DNA of 64,000 nucleotides, from contig JBHIAE010000006.1 in the NCBI GenBank assembly GCA_046758445.1, positions 38,397-102,396 of the forward strand, written 5' to 3'. The position numbers and the translations under genes are program-made. This document shows positions 37,142 through 46,770 of this stretch, piece after piece; positions within the stretch are counted from its first letter, which is position 1, and each line of letters opens with the position of its first letter. The DNA comes from Candidatus Thorarchaeota archaeon (lineage in GTDB: Archaea; Asgardarchaeota; Thorarchaeia; Thorarchaeales; Thorarchaeaceae). The notes below the pieces were generated by a model. The model saw only the letters and a list, made by a program, of their open reading frames with translations, was not told where the DNA came from and did no database searches.

Positions 37142-38934
37142 ATGAGAATTACCTCCAATATGGGGGGTATCAGAAAGATCATTGCCATCATCAGTGAGAA
37201 AAGAAGGACAGGTAGAATAGAGTCAGAGCGTCGAAACCCACTACTCGACATCATCATACCCTTTCCGAGTCCTCTCAGAGTCATGGACTCGTAGACGGTG
37301 GCACTGCGATCAAATGCCCTATCGATTGTAGTGCCAACGGTGTAGCCCGTCGAGCGAAGCCGACTGAGCCCCTTTCCGTGATCGTATCCTCGCAGTGTCT
37401 GAGCCTCCTGCATGCGGGATTTCTCTTCTATGAACAGGGGAACGTATCTGAACATCACAAGAAGAGATCCAAGGACGGAAACGGGAACTCTTAGTGTTTT
37501 CAGAGCACCAATGAACTCGCTCAATGTCATGTGGGACAGTGTGGCAAGGAACGCTATGAGTATCGCAAACATTCGTAGCCCTATGGCCACTCCCAGAAGC
37601 AGTCCTTCCCAGTAGGCGGGGACTGGGCCCCATGGAAGCTGTAGTATGAGGATTACTGTACTCCCATACAGGAAAGGCTCAAGGAGAATCCAGAAGAGAA
37701 TAATCATCTCAAACTTCGCAGCCATCGATAGCACTCTTCGCCAATTGGTCCCCGCTGCTATGCCTGTACCAAGAATCATGAAGATGAGAAGAGATAGCAT
37801 GAGAACGCTCGTCTGGACTGTCACCACGATAGCCAGTCCGATTGCTGAAAGTATCATACTAACAGGTGAGAATGGCGCAGTTGATCTCTTGCCCTCTGCA
37901 AAGGGAAGAAGGAACTTGCCGGTTTCAGGGCCATGGTGATGTGAATGGTTCGAGATTCTGCGGAACGCCAGTATGCCCAGCCCTAGCACAGCCAAGATTC
38001 CAATTGATCCCGTGACCACATCCAAGATTGGATCCTCTCCAAAAGATAACCAGATTCCGGTGAAGCCACCTTCTGGTTCTGGAACACCAGCCAAGTCAAA
38101 CAGGGCCCATTCGAACCCGTCGGGGTTACTTGAAGCAAATCCACTTAGCACCGCTACAGCAACCAAAACGATTGAGATAATGGCCGTTATCACCAGAGGC
38201 TTGACCGGATTCTCGCTCTGCAGAGTAGGAATGACATCCTCTTCGGCTTCTCGTGACTCCGATGGCGAGGTAGAGGTACTTTCGGATTCGTCGCCATCTC
38301 TCAAGAGCGAAACGAGACTGGGCTTGGCCTTCACAAAGTAGAGTAGAATGACCGAGGTAAGGATGGCCTCACCTATCCCAATGAAGACATGTATTGAAGT
38401 AATAGCCACCAACGCAATCGGCCCAAAGCCGTCGACTGAAAGAAGCTGAAGTCCCAAGACAAACGCTGCACTGACTGTCACAGCGAAAGATGCTATGCCG
38501 GCTGAGAGAAGCGCAGCCTGCTTCTTTTCTCCGATTCTTGATAGACCCCTGAACAAGAGAATGCTCAGGCCGTAGCCAAGAAAGACTGAGAACACTCCCA
38601 TGTTAAAGAAGTTGAGGCCGAAGGAGGTGATGCCTCCATCACCGTATAAGGCCTGAACGAAAAGCACCAGAGCCATGGTCAGGGATGCGACCCACGGACC
38701 CACCATGACAGCCAAAAGAGTTGAGCCCACTAGATGACCGCTTGAGAATGGAGGAATAGGGAAGTTGACCAATTGAGCGGCGAAGATTACCGCGGCCAAG
38801 ACACCCATAAATGGGACTTGCCTATCGTCAAACTGTTTATTCACAATCCTTGTCGACGTGGCAAGTGCAATTCCGCTAACTGCGAACAGCAGAATCTGAA
38901 GCCATAGTGGTACTATGCCGTCAGGAACATGCAA
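37138..38934 (-). CDS. Fused ECF Ni/Co transporter: CbiM/NikM + NikN(PDGLE-like) + CbiQ/NikQ
   Basis: TTG start gives (M)HVPDG; SSGH..G, QA..GDGG..G.N; ASSNPDGFE; RY......E..RM..AQ..RG, RA.DR....YE.M..RG. Confidence 0.9.
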   Translation of the reverse strand: MHVPDGIVPLWLQILLFAVSGIALATSTRIVNKQFDDRQVPFMGVLAAVIFAAQLVNFPIPPFSSGHLVGSTLLAVMVGPWVASLTMALVLFVQALYGDGGITSFGLNFFNMGVFSVFLGYGLSILLFRGLSRIGEKKQAALLSAGIASFAVTVSAAFVLGLQLLSVDGFGPIALVAITSIHVFIGIGEAILTSVILLYFVKAKPSLVSLLRDGDESESTSTSPSESREAEEDVIPTLQSENPVKPLVITAIISIVLVAVAVLSGFASSNPDGFEWALFDLAGVPEPEGGFTGIWLSFGEDPILDVVTGSIGILAVLGLGILAFRRISNHSHHHGPETGKFLLPFAEGKRSTAPFSPVSMILSAIGLAIVVTVQTSVLMLSLLIFMILGTGIAAGTNWRRVLSMAAKFEMIILFWILLEPFLYGSTVILILQLPWGPVPAYWEGLLLGVAIGLRMFAILIAFLATLSHMTLSEFIGALKTLRVPVSVLGSLLVMFRYVPLFIEEKSRMQEAQTLRGYDHGKGLSRLRSTGYTVGTTIDRAFDRSATVYESMTLRGLGKGMMMSSSGFRRSDSILPVLLFSLMMAMIFLIPPILEVILI

Positions 38935-38978
38935 CCTTCTCTTCTCTCCACACCAAATAGGAAAGGAAGACTTTATCT

Positions 38979-39026
38979 GTGTTACTTTCTGGTGATTCGT
39001 GTTACTCGCGGATGTGTTTGTGTCAC
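38979..39026. promoter_or_regulatory. Candidate NikR-binding sites in the divergent promoter
   Basis: GTGTTAC at 38979 and 38999 and GTGTCAC at 39020, between the Ni/Co transporter and nikR. Confidence 0.4.
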
Positions 39027-39047
39027 GTGCTTTGAGAGGTGCACAAG

Positions 39048-39494
39048 TTGGCGAAAGAACCAGAGTTGAAACGATTTGGAGTGTCGATACCAGAGGATTT
39101 GCTTGAGCGATTCGACTTGCTGGTTGAAGCCAAAGGATATGTTGGGAGGTCTGAGGCAATCAGAGACGCCATGCGGCACCTCATTTCTAAATGGGAGCAA
39201 GAAAGTAGTCAAGAAGGAGGTGCAGCTACTCTCAGCGTTGTATACAAACACAAGCCCAAGCTCATGGCTGCTCTGACCAACGCACAGCATGGGTCAAGTG
39301 CCAACGTGATATCTACCATGCACGTGCATCTTACACCCTTTCATTGTTTGGAAGTGCTTACTCTGAGCGGGACACGTGAGAACATCCAGAAACTCAAAGA
39401 CCGGGTAAGTGGACTATCCGGGGTGGAGTATACTAATCTCTTCTCATTCAAAGTGCCACAGTCATTGGACCGTGATCACAGCCATAGCCATTAG
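39048..39494 (+). CDS. nikR: Nickel-responsive regulator NikR
   Basis: RFGVSIP..LL..FD.....GY..RSEAIRDA; QH; H.HL...CLEV; His-rich tail. Confidence 0.95.
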   Translation: MAKEPELKRFGVSIPEDLLERFDLLVEAKGYVGRSEAIRDAMRHLISKWEQESSQEGGAATLSVVYKHKPKLMAALTNAQHGSSANVISTMHVHLTPFHCLEVLTLSGTRENIQKLKDRVSGLSGVEYTNLFSFKVPQSLDRDHSHSH

Positions 39495-39641
39495 GACTAC
39501 CTAGTCCATCTCGCCCGATGATTTCGAGTATCGATGGCATATCTGGACAGGCAAACCAGTTGCGATAGGCTGTTCTCCTCCTCTCTGTCAACCCAGAGCG
39601 AGTCCAATCACTCACACTAGCTTTGTAGGCCTGCAGCCGAG

Positions 39642-40133
39642 CTAATTGAGATCACTGAGCAGTTTGAAGATACCATCCATGTTGGGACAAGCATCGTCGG
39701 ACGCTCCGAGGACTTCGATGTGACGGAGCAATCCATTCTTGTCAACTACGAATACCACCTTCTTGCCGTAACCTTCATTCGGTACAAAGCAGTCGTACTT
39801 CAGCGTGACATCTCCCAGAGGGTTGAAGTCGGCAAGGACGGGGTAACCAAGCTCGCCTGTTTCTGACAACCACTGATTGTTCGCTTCAATAGAGGTCATG
39901 TTTACAGCCAGAACTTGGGTATCCAGTGACTCGAAGGTTGACAAGTGCTGCTGATAGAATCTGAAATGATCCTTGCAGCCTGAGCTGAGCTCGCCGGGAT
40001 GGAGAGCTATCAGTACGTTCTTCTTACCTCGGTAGTCAGACAATCGAACACTGTTCCCGTTCTCATCTGGAAGCGAGAAGTCGGGAGCAGTTTCGCCTAC
40101 GTTTAGACAGACATTCTGTTCACGAAGTATCAT
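39642..40133 (-). CDS. Peroxiredoxin-like redoxin (AhpE/BCP-type)
   Basis: G..APDF.L.D..G..V.LSDYRG, P...S..C motif, FVVDK.G. Confidence 0.85.
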   Translation of the reverse strand: MILREQNVCLNVGETAPDFSLPDENGNSVRLSDYRGKKNVLIALHPGELSSGCKDHFRFYQQHLSTFESLDTQVLAVNMTSIEANNQWLSETGELGYPVLADFNPLGDVTLKYDCFVPNEGYGKKVVFVVDKNGLLRHIEVLGASDDACPNMDGIFKLLSDLN

Positions 40134-40291
40134 AATCTGTCACCAAATTGCTGTTTCATTGTGTGAACGAACCCTTATTATATTAACTATTGTTAACTCA
40201 CGCCCGCATAAAGAACTGACCCAAACAAACAATAACGGTCCTTAGTTGCTGTCTGTAAATCATGGAAACAAACCAGCTGTGAGTAGTATCA

Positions 40292-41272
40292 ATGACATTC
40301 CGGAAGTATCTGAGTCAGGTTTCCGATGGCGTATTCTTGTTTGCAGCGCCTCGCACTCGATTCGCAAACTGGCGACGTTCGGGGAACATCATTCTGCTTC
40401 AGGGCGAGCAGGGAATATCTCTCATAGACAGCGGTGGGAATGCAGCCAAACAGCACTTGATTCCACTCGTGAACCGCTTCTTGGATGATAGCAACGGGGA
40501 GGTTCATTGCCTCCATACGCATGGACACATAGACCACATGGCAGGTGACCCTATTCTTACGGACCGTTTTCAGGCCAAGATTTGGGCATCAGAAGAGGCA
40601 GTCCCGTTTGTCAGGGCCCAGACTCCTCTTTTGCTGGACATGGAGCGGCCCTTCATGGTCGTGACTTTCAGAGAACTGTTCCTCGCACCAGAATGGTTCG
40701 TCGAGGGAGTGATGCGACTGACAATGGGCAGAAATCATCCGACTGATACAGTCCATGTGGTTCGTGATGATACAGATCCCGCCGGAACAGGATTCCAACC
40801 ACTCCCATTGCCCGGGCATCATCCCGGTCATATCGGGTTCTTCCACAGAGAACGAGGGATCCTGGTAGCGGGAGATTTGCTGGACCCCCGTCACAGGATG
40901 AAGCCTGTTCTGACGGCTCCTTCTTCCGACTTTGAGCTAATGGGTAACACGCTCGAGGTTGTCCTGAGTCTATCACCCCAGATTCTGATTCTGGGACACG
41001 GCAATCCATTTGTAGGTGAGGAGGCGGTTAGAAACGCAATCGAGCGGTCTTTGGAAACTCTCCGCAATGCTCAACATAAGGTCATTGAATCACTTGAATC
41101 GGAACCATTGACTCTTGGGGGTCTATCTACTAGACTGCAGCGGCAAGGGCTAGGGCCCGGAGATGTCTTCAGGAGAATGTTCATTCACAGCATACTCAGA
41201 CATCTATTGTCGAGAGACCGAGTCTTGAGGACCCCGACACAGAAGGGCATGGTCGAATTCTCACTTAGGTGA
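40292..41272 (+). CDS. MBL-fold metallo-hydrolase with C-terminal wHTH
   Basis: THGHIDH, PGHHPGH, AGDL, GHG. Confidence 0.9.
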   Translation: MTFRKYLSQVSDGVFLFAAPRTRFANWRRSGNIILLQGEQGISLIDSGGNAAKQHLIPLVNRFLDDSNGEVHCLHTHGHIDHMAGDPILTDRFQAKIWASEEAVPFVRAQTPLLLDMERPFMVVTFRELFLAPEWFVEGVMRLTMGRNHPTDTVHVVRDDTDPAGTGFQPLPLPGHHPGHIGFFHRERGILVAGDLLDPRHRMKPVLTAPSSDFELMGNTLEVVLSLSPQILILGHGNPFVGEEAVRNAIERSLETLRNAQHKVIESLESEPLTLGGLSTRLQRQGLGPGDVFRRMFIHSILRHLLSRDRVLRTPTQKGMVEFSLR

Positions 41273-41297
41273 TTACTCAGATCAGTCTGAAATGTGC

Positions 41298-42893
41298 CTA
41301 TTTCTCAACGTCTTCCATTTGCCTCAGGGCCGACCTCAGTATCTTCCCATCTTCGGCAACCGGGAGCTCACTGCAGATCACAATCAGTTTGGGCTTCTTG
41401 TAAGCAGCCATCTTGCCAGTACACCATGCGTCGATTTCATCGGGAGTCACTTGAGCTCCAGAGACTGGTAGCACAAATGCCTTCACGATTTGACCCCACA
41501 CTCTGTCGGCCATACCCAGGACCACAGCATTCTCGACATCAGGATGTTCTCTGATGATGCCCTCAACCTCGACAGGGAGGACCTTCTCCCCGCCTGAGAA
41601 TATGAGTTCGCTTTTGCGTTCTATGTAGTAGTAGTTGCCCTCTTCATCGACTCGGAACAAATCCCCGGTACGAAACCAAGTCCCATCGAAGGATTCCTTA
41701 GTACCCGAGTCATCTCCCTGGTACCCGCTCATCAAGGAAGGACTACGGTAGACAGCTTCTCCAATCTCCCCAGGACTGACCTCGTTTCCACCCTCATCTA
41801 CTACGCGCATCTCAACTCCACTGATCGGCTTTCCTATGTAGCCATCAGTTATCTTTGGAATGTCATCCGGAGTGAGAAACGAGTAGATGGCCGCTCCAAT
41901 ATTCTCAGTTTGTCCATAGCCATCAACAAGAACGGTTTCCGGAAATAGTGTAAGAATCTCTTTCTTCATCTCAGCGGGCATTTTCGAACCGCCTGATGAG
42001 AGGAGTGTCACAGACGACAAATCCCATTTCTGAAGATCAGGGAAATCAAGTAGTAGCCTGAACTGAGTCGGCACCATGAAGACTGAGGTTATCTTCTCAC
42101 GCTCAATCAGGGCACAGACTTCCTCAGGGGAGAAGCTGAGAGCAGTTGGAAAGACGATGGGTCGCTTCATAGCGGTCATGATTATCGCAGGCATGAATCC
42201 TGACAGATGATAGAGCGGCGTAGGAACCAAGAACTTCAGCTCAAAGTCTTGTGGAAGTAAAGCAGATTCAGGTACTCTTCCCTCGAAGATTAGTTTCAGT
42301 CCATGGTCAGGAATGAGTGTGCAGGCGTCAAGCAGTGCACGGTGTGTAAAGTTGCTTCCTTTGGGAAGACCAGTGGTCCCTCCTGTGAAGAGCTGAACCC
42401 CAAAGTCATTCTCAGAGAGCGGGACTTTTGGGTCTTCAGTCGAAACCCCAGTCACAAAGGCATCCCATGACTCGGTGTCTATCTTGACCCCATCATTTCC
42501 ACCAATTGCAATCACTGGGGGATTCTTCTTCCGTTCAGAGAAAGCATCAACCAAGTGTGGCAAGTAGTGGACACTGCAGACACAGAGACTCGGTTCAGCA
42601 GTGTCGAAGACGTGTCTAATCTCCCTGCCGACGAATCTGGTGCTAATTGGGGCAGGAACCATTCCGGCTCTCTGGGCACCGTAGAGAACCGCAAGATACT
42701 CAGGACGATTCTCCATTATGATTGCGATTCTGCTGCTTCGTGAATCAGGTGTACGACGCAGAAGAGCGTTGGCCACTCGAGATATCTCAGTGTCAAGACC
42801 TGCCCAGGTGAGACGTGATTCACCATAGACCACGGATAGCTTGTCCCCGTAGTCCTCTGCGTTGCCTGAAAGTAGTTCACAAAATGCCCTCAT
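41298..42893 (-). CDS. Acyl-CoA synthetase (AMP-forming)
   Basis: FTGGTTGLPKG, GYGQTE, WFRTGD, R..ELI.SGGE.V.P.EVE, GKI. Confidence 0.95.
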   Translation of the reverse strand: MRAFCELLSGNAEDYGDKLSVVYGESRLTWAGLDTEISRVANALLRRTPDSRSSRIAIIMENRPEYLAVLYGAQRAGMVPAPISTRFVGREIRHVFDTAEPSLCVCSVHYLPHLVDAFSERKKNPPVIAIGGNDGVKIDTESWDAFVTGVSTEDPKVPLSENDFGVQLFTGGTTGLPKGSNFTHRALLDACTLIPDHGLKLIFEGRVPESALLPQDFELKFLVPTPLYHLSGFMPAIIMTAMKRPIVFPTALSFSPEEVCALIEREKITSVFMVPTQFRLLLDFPDLQKWDLSSVTLLSSGGSKMPAEMKKEILTLFPETVLVDGYGQTENIGAAIYSFLTPDDIPKITDGYIGKPISGVEMRVVDEGGNEVSPGEIGEAVYRSPSLMSGYQGDDSGTKESFDGTWFRTGDLFRVDEEGNYYYIERKSELIFSGGEKVLPVEVEGIIREHPDVENAVVLGMADRVWGQIVKAFVLPVSGAQVTPDEIDAWCTGKMAAYKKPKLIVICSELPVAEDGKILRSALRQMEDVEK

Positions 42894-42918
42894 TGGGCAG
42901 GCCTCCCACGTCCGAGAG

Positions 42919-43269
42919 TTATTTCATAAGCGCCTGAAGTTTGATCAGGTCATTCATGGGGCCTTTGGCCTTGACCTTGCCGCCCATGAATGCACGAGTC
43001 GGACTCAGAGTACCATCCATGATTGCCATTATTGCTTCGGTGGTTGTGGTGATCTCCAGTTCAGCATCCTCTGCAATTCCGTCAACAATGCTGGCGGACC
43101 CACCTTGAAACACAATGTGGCATGTCGCTTCTTCGTTGTCAGTGAAATGGAACTGTAGAGTCTTGTTATAGTCGGCGAACCTCGACTGATACTTCGGATC
43201 GTCCATCTTGCCAACCATCTTCTTCAAGGAACTAATCACGTCATCCTTTGTCTTTGACACTTCGTTCAC
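42919..43269 (-). CDS. SCP2 sterol/lipid-binding domain protein
   Basis: G.LSP..AFM.GK.K.KG.M..L.KL. Confidence 0.9.
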   Translation of the reverse strand: MNEVSKTKDDVISSLKKMVGKMDDPKYQSRFADYNKTLQFHFTDNEEATCHIVFQGGSASIVDGIAEDAELEITTTTEAIMAIMDGTLSPTRAFMGGKVKAKGPMNDLIKLQALMK

Positions 43270-43302
43270 ACCTTTGCTTCATCCTGCTCTGTCAATGATT
43301 TC

Positions 43303-44061
43303 TTATTTCCCCTTCCATTCGGGGGGGCGCTTCTCCATCCAAGCCTCGAATCCTTCTATCACGTCCTCCGACTTGAAGAGAATGTTGAATGGCTCCCAGA
43401 GGGCTCCAATCTCCCGTAGACCCCTCCGCAAGAACTCCTTAGTGAGCTTCTGCGACAGAGGTGCAACCAGCTTTATCTCCTCACAGAGCTCGATGACAGC
43501 CTTCTCTAATTCATCATGCGGTACAACTTTGTTAACTATGCCCATCCGATATGCCTCATGTGCGTCAATGGCTCGACCTGTGAATGTCAACTCTTTGATG
43601 TATCGCATGTTGTATTCATGAGCCCTCACAATGAGGAGGCCAGACATGAGACCCCGGCGATTCTCACGGAAGGCAAACACTGCTTGATCGGATGCAATGA
43701 CGAGGTCACAGAACAATGTGAGTTCAAAACCACCGGCATACGCATGACCATTCACGGCAGCAATCACTGGTTTCGGATAGCGTTGAAGAAGCTCGATTGG
43801 ATCGAGCACAACACTCAGGAATTCGCCGAGGCCTTTGAATCCAATAGTGCTCATCTCCTTGATGTCCAACCCCGCGCTGAAGGCGGTGCCCTCCCCCGTG
43901 ATGACCAAGGCTCGTACTGAATGGTCATCCCAAGTGTCCTGTAGCACTTGCATTAGTTCCATCCATGTCTGTCGGGAGAGTGCATTTCGCACTTCTGGTC
44001 TGTTGAATGTAATCCATCCAATTCCATCCTTCACTTCGTACTTGATACATTCGAAGCTCAT
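43303..44061 (-). CDS. Enoyl-CoA hydratase/isomerase
   Basis: NRPE.RNAL, AFSAG.D, PKP.IAAVNG.A..GGFEL...CD, EKR.P.WKG. Confidence 0.95.
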   Translation of the reverse strand: MSFECIKYEVKDGIGWITFNRPEVRNALSRQTWMELMQVLQDTWDDHSVRALVITGEGTAFSAGLDIKEMSTIGFKGLGEFLSVVLDPIELLQRYPKPVIAAVNGHAYAGGFELTLFCDLVIASDQAVFAFRENRRGLMSGLLIVRAHEYNMRYIKELTFTGRAIDAHEAYRMGIVNKVVPHDELEKAVIELCEEIKLVAPLSQKLTKEFLRRGLREIGALWEPFNILFKSEDVIEGFEAWMEKRPPEWKGK

Positions 44062-44074
44062 TCTCTTCTGCTTC

Positions 44075-45307
44075 CTAGAGGTCTTTGGGGTCGACTCCTC
44101 GGAGTACCCGTGGCAGTAGCCCGGGGTCAGGAGTCTTCTTGAATTCTTGTCTTCCTATGAAGATCTTTAGAATGTCGTTTCCACCACCAGTGACTTTGGT
44201 AAGAAGTGCATTCTTTAAAATGGATGCTGCGAGGTACTCCTCCGTGTAGCCATCGCCTGAAAGAATGACAAGTGCATCCTCCGCAATGTCAATAAGAGCC
44301 TCGGTTGAGAATATCTTGCAGATGGCTGCGTCCACACCGAACTGAAACATGTCTGCCGTTCCGCTGTCTAGCTGAGCTGCTAGTGCGTAGAGGTAAGTAC
44401 GGGCCAGCTTCAGATTGATGGCCATGTCAGCCATTCTGGTCTGTACAGTCTGATACCTTGATATCGGAGCTCCGAACTGCACTCTCCGCCGACCATAGGC
44501 ACGTGCAGTTTCGAGCAGCATCCGAGCTTGTCCCACCGTGGCGGCAATGCCCAGACGTTCGATATTCAGGCCCGAGGTCATCACCGTCCACCCATCGCCT
44601 TCAAAGAGAATCATGTTCTCCTCTGGCACCCGCACGTCTCTGAAACGAATGACACTGTTGAACATCTCGACACTTCCGGTCAACTCGTTAAGTTTCTCGA
44701 CTGTAATCCCAGGCGATGCACGCGTGACCAAGAACGCTGACAGGTGAGAGTGTGTGGCCTGTGCCTCTGCCGACGGGTCAGTAAGTGTGTATGTCATCAG
44801 GTAGTCGGCCTTTGAGCCGAGCGTGATGAATCGTTTCCAGCCATTCAAGACGTATTCATCGCCCTCTTTGGCAGCGCTAAGCTGAACATTGGAGGCATCG
44901 TTTCCCACATCAGGCTCAGTCACGCATATCGCAGTCCATGCCTCGCCCTTTAGCATGGGAGTCAGAAACTTATCCTTCTGTTCAGGTGAACCAAACAGGT
45001 GCACTGGACCCCCTCCAAAGACAGTTGTCAAGAGGGGATTGATGTTGAGATAGCATCGTCCAAACTCCTCGTTGAGAATCGTATAGCCAGTGTAACCCTC
45101 TTCTCTACCACCGAATTCTTCCTCAACGAGTACTGCGAGCGGGTGGAATCCCTTGTCAACAACGAATTTGCTTATGTCCCACTGGACTTCCATGGCCTGG
45201 TTGTGGTCCATCTTGTCGCCCAAAGGTCGGAGATCATTGTCCACGAATTCTTGAACTTCTTCTGCAAAGCGCCGATTCTTCTCAGTCCACCAGGGTAGCA
45301 CTTCCAA
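44075..45307 (-). CDS. Acyl-CoA dehydrogenase
   Basis: TEP..G.D, LNG.K.FIT, F.DVRVP.EN, L..ER, R.QFG..I..YQ, G..GY; TTG start after GGAGAGGTGA. Confidence 0.95.
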   Translation of the reverse strand: MEVLPWWTEKNRRFAEEVQEFVDNDLRPLGDKMDHNQAMEVQWDISKFVVDKGFHPLAVLVEEEFGGREEGYTGYTILNEEFGRCYLNINPLLTTVFGGGPVHLFGSPEQKDKFLTPMLKGEAWTAICVTEPDVGNDASNVQLSAAKEGDEYVLNGWKRFITLGSKADYLMTYTLTDPSAEAQATHSHLSAFLVTRASPGITVEKLNELTGSVEMFNSVIRFRDVRVPEENMILFEGDGWTVMTSGLNIERLGIAATVGQARMLLETARAYGRRRVQFGAPISRYQTVQTRMADMAINLKLARTYLYALAAQLDSGTADMFQFGVDAAICKIFSTEALIDIAEDALVILSGDGYTEEYLAASILKNALLTKVTGGGNDILKIFIGRQEFKKTPDPGLLPRVLRGVDPKDL

Positions 45308-45314
45308 TGTTGAA

Positions 45315-45599
45315 TCACCTCTCCATCGATGAACGATCAAGGCCATAATGCAGCTTGACATCACCAATCTCGTTGAGTCCACGCCATGTGATTTTGGCCA
45401 GCTTGATTCTCCCTCTAGGGTCAACCCACAAGTTCACGAGGCCATCCTGCTCCAGACTCCTTAGTGTATCATCTAGAGCGTCAAGGTCGCCGAGGTCGAG
45501 CTTTCGGGCGATATCCTCCTTTTCACTGTGCAGGGCCTGTGTGTACTCGAACTCTCGGGCCAAAAGATTGAGCAATCTGCTTCTCAGGTCATCGGGCAA
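45315..45599 (-). CDS. Small winged-helix protein, first gene of the beta-oxidation operon
   Basis: IA..L......LD..L..LE..GLV...AKIT.RG; GGAGGAG SD before TTG 45599. Confidence 0.7.
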   Translation of the reverse strand: MPDDLRSRLLNLLAREFEYTQALHSEKEDIARKLDLGDLDALDDTLRSLEQDGLVNLWVDPRGRIKLAKITWRGLNEIGDVKLHYGLDRSSMER

Positions 45600-45788
45600 A
45601 CATGCTCTCCTCCAATTACGCGGACCTTCTCGACCTAATAAGCATATCAGATGCCTGTGGGGAACGAGAGACAAAAGCCGTAACGAAGCCGAATTCGCGC
45701 CTTCGTCTTTCGTCTGAGGTTTGCTTATTAGTGCCTAGAACATGGGCCAGCAGACCCACAACCGTGTTGTGGTTCGGAGGAAAGACAT

Positions 45789-46151
45789 ATGTCTGGTAAA
45801 CCAACAGGCGTCTTGATACTCGCATTGCTGCAGTTGATATCAGCTTTAGCCTGGATCGCAGTTGGGGCGATATTGCTTATGGCCGGAACAGGAACGATCC
45901 TGGACATAATCCTGATGTTCTTGGCGTTCTTCCCGTTGCTGATAGGCATAATCGGGCTGATTCTGTTCTATGGAATCTGGACTTTGAAAGGATGGGCCTG
46001 GATGTGGACCCTGATAATCGGTCTTCTGGGCATCATTGCAGGTCTAACCGCTTCGAACATCTTTGATCTCATGACCCTGCTTGCCCTAGGCCTGAGCGTC
46101 ATAATCGTAATCTACCTGCTGTTGCCAGGTACAAAATCTCACTTCAGGTGA
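45789..46151 (+). CDS. Small 4-TM membrane protein
   Basis: KPTGV..L...; G.W....WAW; YLL.P..K..F. Confidence 0.8.
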   Translation: MSGKPTGVLILALLQLISALAWIAVGAILLMAGTGTILDIILMFLAFFPLLIGIIGLILFYGIWTLKGWAWMWTLIIGLLGIIAGLTASNIFDLMTLLALGLSVIIVIYLLLPGTKSHFR

Positions 46152-46376
46152 AACTAAAGGGTTTCTATGTCTATGCCTGGGGAGTTCATGGCGCACAAGT
46201 CTATAAAACTCCCACCCTCCTTTATTTTCCCCTCATCCAGCGAAGTGTCGCTCATCAGACTAGATCCTCAATGAGGATTTCTTGGATACGCCATGTTTGG
46301 CCTCTCTTGGAAACCCGAAACAAAGAGTGTGGATAGCTTATAAGCTGCCAGAATTACGAAATGACGAGGCATCTGG

Positions 46377-46739
46377 ATGTACGAGTCTGAAGTGAATGGA
46401 GGACGGTTGACAGAAGGACATCCAGGGCTCAATGCCTTGTCACTTTTGATGGGTATCACAGGACTCTTCTATATTCTTACAGGGCTTCCATGGTTATCAT
46501 CTCTCGACATTTCCGGATTCCTTTTCATTGGTGCTGGAGGCGTCATGTTCGTCGTCGGATGGTTCCTCAGGAAACAGGTGATGTGGGCCTGGTGGGGCGC
46601 GCTCATCTTGAATATCGGAAACATTCTCTTTGGCATCCTGTATAGCTTTGACCGTGTGACGAGCAGTACAGCCATTGCACTTGGTGTGATAATCTTGTTC
46701 TATCTCTTGGTACCGGAGATCCGCCGACAATTCATGTAG
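46377..46739 (+). CDS. Small 4-TM membrane protein (paralog)
   Basis: HPGL; GW.L.....WAWWG; YLL.PE.R..F. Confidence 0.8.
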   Translation: MYESEVNGGRLTEGHPGLNALSLLMGITGLFYILTGLPWLSSLDISGFLFIGAGGVMFVVGWFLRKQVMWAWWGALILNIGNILFGILYSFDRVTSSTAIALGVIILFYLLVPEIRRQFM

Positions 46740-46770
46740 TTGATTCTTCGGGAGCTCAGAACTTGAGAAC

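Noticed and set aside
38935-39159. N-terminal extension of the CbiM fusion ORF (similar extensions at 30132, 26626, 45424, 63903)
   Set aside because: They overlap neighbouring genes or promoters or lack any motif; internal starts with SD-like sites and family-typical N-termini fit better.
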